DNA of 64,000 nt, from the sequence record NC_009760.1. One strand, written 5' to 3'. This document shows, in pieces, positions 57,875 to 64,000 of this stretch (position 1 is its first letter; every line of letters begins with the position of its first letter). Under the pieces are notes generated by a model, which saw only the letters and a program-made list of their open reading frames with translations, was not told the DNA's origin and did no database searches. The translations under genes were made by a program, and so were the position numbers.

Positions 57875-58621
57875 CTACGCTCCACATCTTAACCATGCAT
57901 CTCTTATTTCATAACCGGTTGGCTGACGTTCATTGTTGCTAACGAACAACTCACGAAATTCGACCAACCACGATGCATCTACTGTTCCGCTGTATCTTGT
58001 CACTAGAGTATTTTCCTTACGCTCCGCAGGACTCACATTCTCCTGCTTCGGTTTATTATGCGTCTGTACTCGCTTACGCTCCTCTTGTTTTACTCGTACG
58101 GATGCTGGCATCTTACGTACTCGGACTAACGCTTTTACTATGCGTGCAATGTCACCATGCACTCCATTACTGAATGGCTTAAATGAATCAATCGCTGACT
58201 GTATCATCATTGGTTTCATAGGTTTCCCATCCACCTTTATATATGGTCGTGCATCAGATGGATTCCATCCAATCTTAACTGTTACTCCCTTTTGTTTGAA
58301 GACAACGCCCAGCTCGTTGCTACGCACATACTCAAATACTTTCGTGTACGCTGGTGCTGTCTTTTCTTCCGGCTCGCTGTCGCTCGCCGAATCATATCCT
58401 AGTTCCTCTGCTACATAGAAGTCATTCAGACACTCTATGCAAATGTGTCCATCATCCTCTGTGTAACATAGGTGACGAGACTCCTCATTGCAGAGTTCAC
58501 ATTGCTCGCTGACGCTCGCAAGTTTTACAGTCATCACTTTATAACTACGACCAAGTTTCTTTGTTTTCCAATCCATCCATAATACATATCTCTCTTCATT
58601 CACTACTGTTAAATTCATCAT
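57875..58621 (-). CDS. hypothetical protein with zinc-finger-like segment
   Basis: GGAGG SD; CELC...CIEC. Confidence 0.65.
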   Translation of the reverse strand: MMNLTVVNEERYVLWMDWKTKKLGRSYKVMTVKLASVSEQCELCNEESRHLCYTEDDGHICIECLNDFYVAEELGYDSASDSEPEEKTAPAYTKVFEYVRSNELGVVFKQKGVTVKIGWNPSDARPYIKVDGKPMKPMMIQSAIDSFKPFSNGVHGDIARIVKALVRVRKMPASVRVKQEERKRVQTHNKPKQENVSPAERKENTLVTRYSGTVDASWLVEFRELFVSNNERQPTGYEIRDAWLRCGA

Positions 58622-58649
58622 TTTAAATTCCTCCAATTTATATGTTTTT

Positions 58650-59345
58650 TGTTTAAAGCCGGGGACTCATTAGTGGTAGCCTGTTCAGGGCATCTCAGAC
58701 TTCACCAATCGTGTCCATGAAGTTGCTAGGTCAACTGACACTGACTGAACAACTCCGTAGAGATTGTTTTCACATGTGCGTGCGTTATGTCTTCTAGTCA
58801 TGACGTACTCTCCCTCGACCAAGAGTTAGAGTCGGCGTCCTAGCTTCTTGCACTTCCCTCGAAAGGGTGGCTATCCACTAGGGGCGTCCTCCATTCTTGT
58901 TAGTACGGAGAGCAGCAATGACATACATGATGTCACGCAATGAGGACTCGTGTTGTCTTAACCCGAAGCAATCTGTGTCCTCACTGCTTCGGGATGTTAG
59001 CTGGTTGCTAAGTTTCCTAGTACCATGTTTGTCCGCTACCCTATCGCGCTATCACTGATTACGGAGTGACCATCCGGGATACTGAATAAATGCTACATAT
59101 ATCTCACGACATACTGCATTGCCTGATTCCTCAACAGATCTCTTGTTTATACCGACGTTGATTCAGACGTCGAGGCATACTTGTGAAACGGTGGATGCTT
59201 ACCGTGCCTGATAGGTCGCTACTCGTCTACTGTTATGAGTAACAACGATGTTAGGTCTGATGATTCTACGAGGGCAACCAACCCTCCTCTCTGGTGTAGT
59301 TATAGTTGACACCATAAGAGACACGATATGCTCATGTCTCCTAGC
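58650..59345 (-). ncRNA. candidate ~700-nt highly structured non-coding RNA with pseudoknot
   Basis: No ORF of 60 aa or more on either strand; many nested stems, a UUCG tetraloop and an H-type pseudoknot at 58942-58993. Confidence 0.6.
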
Positions 59346-59356
59346 TACCAACTATA

Positions 59357-61009
59357 TTACTGACGACCTAACAACATAGCTTCTAACTGTGTATTTAACG
59401 CTTCTTCATCTCCTGTCTCATGGAATAGTGCCATCGCATCACACAATGGTGTTGATACTAACTTCTCTGCTGTCATTCTTAATACGCCGTTGTCATCGAA
59501 GTCTACATCAGCTACTTGTTCATGATTGTTGTACGGCCATAACACTAAGTCTTTTGATACGAAGCCACTGTTCATCATGTTCTCTTTTGTATATACGGTG
59601 TATCCTCTCTTACGTAATGTATCAGCAACGATTTCCACACTGCCTTTATACTCAACACGACCTGTATATAACTCTTCAATGAATAAGGAATGATCTTCAC
59701 CAATGCGGATTAAGAATCTACCACCCCATCTGTTTTCACCTTCATCGAAATAGCCAACGATTGTCGCACCGGATACATTACCCAACACACCGATGTTGTT
59801 GTCATTCACCTTACCTAGTTCCCACTTCATACATGACGTCCACTCCTTATCTGTTGATACACGTAGTAGATCATCCTTCATACCACTGAACTTCACATGA
59901 CCTGTCTTCTTCGTATTACGTGTTTCTACAATGTGTTTTACTTTGCCTAATGGAATACGAATGTCATCACCCAATATTTCCATCACTTGCGGAAACTCTT
60001 TTTCAATTCTGTTGATATACTTCACGACGCTGATCTTTCTGCCATCATCTAGTTGTACCTTGTTCTCCATGAAATCATCCTCATCTAATCGTTGTAATCG
60101 TAATAGTCTCATTTGGAATATTACTGTGTGTTTGTGTAATGGATTCTCATAATCGACACGCAATGCACTTGATACATCTCGCAATGCTGAATGGAACATC
60201 TCATGTGAGTGATTGATTAACTCAATGTCGAATGAATCTACAAGCAATGGATGTGCTGCTACTTGTTTGTGATTCGCTATCTTCATCATGTGATTGATTA
60301 ATACTCTTGGATTGTTATCTAATCGTGCTAAGTAATACATATCAACCATCATCACATTACCGATGTCGTACTTACCTGTGAATGTCATCTCTCTATCTAC
60401 GTATGCATACTTCTTAGTTACATAGTTTTGTAGAACACCTTGTTCATATAGATACTCACAATAGTCTCTGCTTAACTTGTATTCATGTCCGAGTTTGAAT
60501 CCATACTTCTTCGCACATAATGATGCTCTGATATAACCTGTTGGTTCGAACTTGAGTGGACGAATGATACGTTGTTTGAATCCAATCTCTGCTGGTTCTG
60601 TGATAACAACCTTGCCGTCGTAGTAACATGCAGTGATGTTAATGTCGAAGTCCTCTTGTACATACTGACGAATATCATCTGTGTTCACCATCATGATCTC
60701 TACACGATACTTACCTATCGTACCTTTTAATACTGATACAATTTTACTGATCTCAATGACACGTACTGATTCATCATCATCTTCTACTGTGATACTTGGA
60801 CGTTCTCTGATTACCTCGCTGAACATAAAGCCCTTGCTTAATACGTGATATAATACCTCTGACTTACATGCGTCGGATGTAGATACGAACACATCAATGT
60901 CATTAGGTTCTTTACCCATCAATGCATCTAATACACATCCACCTGCGATAATACCTTTGAAACCTTTTACCACTTTGTATACTTCTTTAATACCTGTACT
61001 TGCTGTCAT
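59357..61009 (-). CDS. CCA/poly(A) polymerase-type nucleotidyltransferase fused to an unknown C-terminal domain
   Basis: IIAGGCVLDALMGKEPNDIDVF and FDINITA head motifs; C-terminal WTSCM...WGGRFLIR domain. Confidence 0.75.
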   Translation of the reverse strand: MTASTGIKEVYKVVKGFKGIIAGGCVLDALMGKEPNDIDVFVSTSDACKSEVLYHVLSKGFMFSEVIRERPSITVEDDDESVRVIEISKIVSVLKGTIGKYRVEIMMVNTDDIRQYVQEDFDINITACYYDGKVVITEPAEIGFKQRIIRPLKFEPTGYIRASLCAKKYGFKLGHEYKLSRDYCEYLYEQGVLQNYVTKKYAYVDREMTFTGKYDIGNVMMVDMYYLARLDNNPRVLINHMMKIANHKQVAAHPLLVDSFDIELINHSHEMFHSALRDVSSALRVDYENPLHKHTVIFQMRLLRLQRLDEDDFMENKVQLDDGRKISVVKYINRIEKEFPQVMEILGDDIRIPLGKVKHIVETRNTKKTGHVKFSGMKDDLLRVSTDKEWTSCMKWELGKVNDNNIGVLGNVSGATIVGYFDEGENRWGGRFLIRIGEDHSLFIEELYTGRVEYKGSVEIVADTLRKRGYTVYTKENMMNSGFVSKDLVLWPYNNHEQVADVDFDDNGVLRMTAEKLVSTPLCDAMALFHETGDEEALNTQLEAMLLGRQ

Positions 61010-61031
61010 GTTTATTCTCTCCTTTTAATTT

Positions 61032-61060
61032 AAATAAGGAGCCGAGATATACCCGACTCC
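61032..61060 (-). terminator. intrinsic terminator
   Basis: GGAGTCGGG/CTCGGCTCC stem plus TTATTT. Confidence 0.65.
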
Positions 61061-61071
61061 GATGATTGTTA

Positions 61072-61746
61072 TTATTTATTTAATACTTCTGCTACTTTCA
61101 GTTTCCATACACCTCTTGTTGGCTTACCTTGTTTACCTAAGTCTCTCATGTATGCTTGATACCCACTGTTGAACTTACTACCTACCTTCTTGAACTTGTT
61201 CGCTGCATATACTTCTGCACCAATCTCTTTATGTGCTTCGATGATAAGATTAGAGATTCTTTCATCCATTGCTGATTCATATACTTTAACTTCCTTCACT
61301 TCCTCTTCTTCTTCCTGTGGAGTGATAACAGGCTCTTCTTGTTGTGGCACGATACTTACTTGTCCTTGCATCATACCTTCCACGATACCACGCATGATAC
61401 CTTGTACTGCATCTGCTAATTCCTCTTGTACAACTTCTCTTACTGTTGCTCTGATCTCCTCTTTAAACACTGGCATTACATCCTCTCTAACTGTTTTGAT
61501 GATTGTATTCTGTACGTTGTTTGCCCACATTTGTGTTAGTGTCCCAATACTATCACGAGCGATAACAGCGAATATATCCTCTGTTGATACTGGCTTCTTC
61601 TTAATAGTTGATACGATTTCTTTTGCTACTTCCATTTCAGTTTTCTGTTTTAACTTACCTGCACGAATGATTTCTTCATCACGCTTGTTTGCACCATAAC
61701 GTTTATTCCATCTGTCTAACCCTGATTGTGTATTCTTCATAGTCAT
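61072..61746 (-). CDS. hypothetical protein
   Basis: Tiled ORF. Confidence 0.65.
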   Translation of the reverse strand: MTMKNTQSGLDRWNKRYGANKRDEEIIRAGKLKQKTEMEVAKEIVSTIKKKPVSTEDIFAVIARDSIGTLTQMWANNVQNTIIKTVREDVMPVFKEEIRATVREVVQEELADAVQGIMRGIVEGMMQGQVSIVPQQEEPVITPQEEEEEVKEVKVYESAMDERISNLIIEAHKEIGAEVYAANKFKKVGSKFNSGYQAYMRDLGKQGKPTRGVWKLKVAEVLNK

Positions 61747-62090
61747 TAGATTGTATCCTCCTGTGTAGATGCTGTTTCAGCCATCATCATTATTTGTTCA
61801 AACATAATCTCGAATCTTACTTCACTTCCTCCATTACCTTGTGCATTCAGTCGAATACCATGATGTGCATACATTTGTTTAATAATCTTTGCTTCATTTG
61901 TGCTTTTTAATCTTACGTTTGTTTTGATTCTTGTTACAGTCAATCTGTCGATACCAAGAGATAACATGTACGATACGCAATCTTTTAAATAAGCCTTAGC
62001 TTCTTGTTGTTGGTCTAGGATTAGCTTTTGTGCTACGTTGTGTGATAATACCCCTTCAATCATTGAGATTGTTTCATTTGACAACTTCAT
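61746..62090 (-). CDS. hypothetical protein
   Basis: Tiled ORF. Confidence 0.6.
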   Translation of the reverse strand: MKLSNETISMIEGVLSHNVAQKLILDQQQEAKAYLKDCVSYMLSLGIDRLTVTRIKTNVRLKSTNEAKIIKQMYAHHGIRLNAQGNGGSEVRFEIMFEQIMMMAETASTQEDTI

Positions 62091-63115
62091 TATTCCTTAT
62101 CCCCTTTACTAATTAGTTCACTTGTTGCACGTAATGTTCCTGATGCTAAATCCACTCCTGCATGACCTACTTCTCCGCCTAGCTTGATAACTGTTCTACC
62201 GGCACGTTCTGTTACATTCAATACTTCTCTTGTTAAGCCGAGTGCAGATTCTAATACACTGTTTAATAATTGTGTTCCTCTGTCTACACCTGCATGACCG
62301 TACTTATCTACTACAGCAGCTCCTTTCAATAGCCCTTGTGCGGCACTTAATGTTAAACCTTTGTACTTCGTTCTGATTAATTCCTGTACATCACCTCCCT
62401 TCAATGCATGTAATTTCTCTTCCACTGAACGGTACTCTAATACTAGTTCGTTGTACTTTTGAGGCTTAGTGATATTCTTGTTCATCTCTTGTTGAATATG
62501 ACCTAGTTGTTTATCTAGCCCATCAATGACCTTTTGCTTATCCCCTTCTGTTAATACCAATTCCTGTACTGCTTCTTCTACTACCTGTATGCTATCCTCT
62601 GCTACTGCCTGTGCTGTTGCATCTGTTACTTGTTGCATCTTCTCTGCTGCCATAGCCAATACTTCTTGTTCTTTCTTAGCTAGTGCTTGTTTCGTTAACT
62701 CTCTATGCTGTGCTGTTAGTTCTTCCTGCATTGCTTTAACCTCTTCCTCTGTGTATACCTTACCTTCTGTTGTTGCTGCTACTTGTTCTTTAGCCATGTT
62801 CATTACCTCCATTTGTTGTTGTATTGCAGTGAATTGATTGATGATCTCTTTCAGTATCTCTGTACGCATACCCATGTTGACGTTAGCACCTAAGTTGTTA
62901 GCCTGTTGTACTAGTGATAATCGTTGACTATGCATTACTGTTACTCGTTGATATAGCTTGATGATGTTCTCTTTCTTTGTTCTATCACCTTGATACTCTA
63001 CTAATTGTTTTTCTGCTACTACCTTGATGTTTAAGCCCATATCCTTACATAGCGCCCCTGTAATACGGTTAATATCCTTTACTGTCATACCTTCGATTGT
63101 TTTTAAGTCTGTCAT
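62090..63115 (-). CDS. hypothetical coiled-coil protein
   Basis: 341-aa ORF with AGGAG. Confidence 0.7.
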   Translation of the reverse strand: MTDLKTIEGMTVKDINRITGALCKDMGLNIKVVAEKQLVEYQGDRTKKENIIKLYQRVTVMHSQRLSLVQQANNLGANVNMGMRTEILKEIINQFTAIQQQMEVMNMAKEQVAATTEGKVYTEEEVKAMQEELTAQHRELTKQALAKKEQEVLAMAAEKMQQVTDATAQAVAEDSIQVVEEAVQELVLTEGDKQKVIDGLDKQLGHIQQEMNKNITKPQKYNELVLEYRSVEEKLHALKGGDVQELIRTKYKGLTLSAAQGLLKGAAVVDKYGHAGVDRGTQLLNSVLESALGLTREVLNVTERAGRTVIKLGGEVGHAGVDLASGTLRATSELISKGDKE

Positions 63116-63136
63116 AATAATTAGCTCCTTTTATAA

Positions 63137-63283
63137 TTAGTTGTTTTTGTTTTTATTGATTAACTCACCTAGTGTTGGTGCTAGTTTAATACCTTGTTTC
63201 TTTTTGACTATGCTAGTTGATACCTTACCGATACCTGCTTTCTCCACTGTGTTAATGAATGTAACTACTGCTCTCTTCTTCAT
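63137..63283 (-). CDS. small basic protein (48 aa)
   Basis: MKKRAVVTF... with GGAGGAG; not in the ORF track. Confidence 0.55.
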   Translation of the reverse strand: MKKRAVVTFINTVEKAGIGKVSTSIVKKKQGIKLAPTLGELINKNKNN

Positions 63284-63295
63284 ACCTAACTCCTC

Positions 63296-63916
63296 CTATG
63301 CAAATAAGTTTTTAATCTTACCTAATAGACTACTGAATACACCCTGCTTACCTTCTCCTGGTGGTAATTCATTGTTGTCCTTTAGTCTCTTGATGTAGAT
63401 GATACGTTTCTCTAACTCAGGTACTAGATGATGGATACCTAGTCTGATACCCTCTGCTCTCATGATGTTAAGCATTAGTAATACACTCTCCTTTCCACAC
63501 TGTTGTACTGCATACTCATCACACTTAAACTCTTGCTCTGTCACCTCGTGCTGTTCTGTTAGATGTCCAGTAGGATACATGATATGACCTAGTTCATGAG
63601 ATACTAGTGCTTGTCTTACATACTGGTTACTGTTGAATGATTTATAGTCATATACAATAATCATGTAATCTAAGTAGTATCCTGTTAGTTCAGCGATTTG
63701 TTCATTGTCATACACTGTCATCATTACAGTTAAGATACGAGTGTCGATGTGGTGCTTCTCGATGTCCTCAATGGATAGTTGATGATGACTTGCTAAGTCT
63801 TGTGGTTGTTCGATGATAGCAACATGTTCTGTCTTGCCGTTGATGTTTACAGTGAATACTTCTTTCACCGATTGTCTTACTTCCATTACTTCTGCTTGCG
63901 TTAGTTTGTCTGTCAT
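63296..63916 (-). CDS. zincin (HExxH) metallopeptidase-like protein
   Basis: LVSHELGH...EQEFKCDEYA (M48-like). Confidence 0.7.
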   Translation of the reverse strand: MTDKLTQAEVMEVRQSVKEVFTVNINGKTEHVAIIEQPQDLASHHQLSIEDIEKHHIDTRILTVMMTVYDNEQIAELTGYYLDYMIIVYDYKSFNSNQYVRQALVSHELGHIMYPTGHLTEQHEVTEQEFKCDEYAVQQCGKESVLLMLNIMRAEGIRLGIHHLVPELEKRIIYIKRLKDNNELPPGEGKQGVFSSLLGKIKNLFA

Positions 63917-63947
63917 TTGTCATTCCTCCATTAGTTTAGGTGTAGTC

Positions 63948-63981
63948 AAAAGGGGTGGGGCATGAAACAACCCTATACCCC
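63948..63981 (-). terminator. terminator-like hairpin
   Basis: GGGGTATAGGG/CCCCACCCC stem plus TTTT. Confidence 0.45.
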
Positions 63982-64000
63982 CATTGCTATATATAAGACG

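Noticed and set aside
57378-57896. 172-aa minus-strand ORF
   Set aside because: Atypical composition, overlaps repeats and copy 18, and has no recognisable motif; more likely a non-coding control region, though not excluded.
59-63398. Plus-strand ORFs and nested alternative-frame minus-strand ORFs in the track (e.g. 8286..8684, 19276..19599, 54591..55091, 61169..61699)
   Set aside because: They shadow well-supported minus-strand genes and lack SD sites and protein-like composition.
59350-64000. Restriction-site avoidance in the putative early region
   Set aside because: GATC occurs several times (e.g. near 60032, 60695, 60749, 61453); no depletion evident by eye.

Overview
Nearly all of this 64 kb window is a single co-directional, minus-strand arm of a large Bacillus phage genome. 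It carries DNA replication, recombination and transcription genes. These include a Rad52/Sak-like annealing protein, PcrA/UvrD, RecA, two SSB-like proteins, HU, DnaE, a beta clamp, GroES, a family-4 UDG, an SNF2 helicase, RecJ, a MoxR/VWA pair, two nucleotidyltransferases and a ~1220-aa YonO-like single-subunit two-barrel RNA polymerase. recA and dnaE are each split by a group I intron carrying a homing endonuclease. From memory, the recA-intron enzyme matches I-Bth0305I (266 aa, EDxHD family), so the source is probably B. thuringiensis phage 0305phi8-36 or a very close relative; I could not run BLAST to confirm this. The main unexplained signal is a strictly oriented element, TACA-N8-CGTGCGAACG on the + (template) strand. 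I found 18 copies by eye, each with a co-varying hairpin stem, mostly just upstream of genes and of long non-coding regions. It is the best candidate for the promoter of the phage RNA polymerase. The window also holds several ORF-free structured regions: a ~700-nt pseudoknotted RNA candidate, a ~1-kb RNA candidate, two aberrant tRNA-like genes and a 17-bp repeat array. All assignments come from visual motif recognition, with no database searches.
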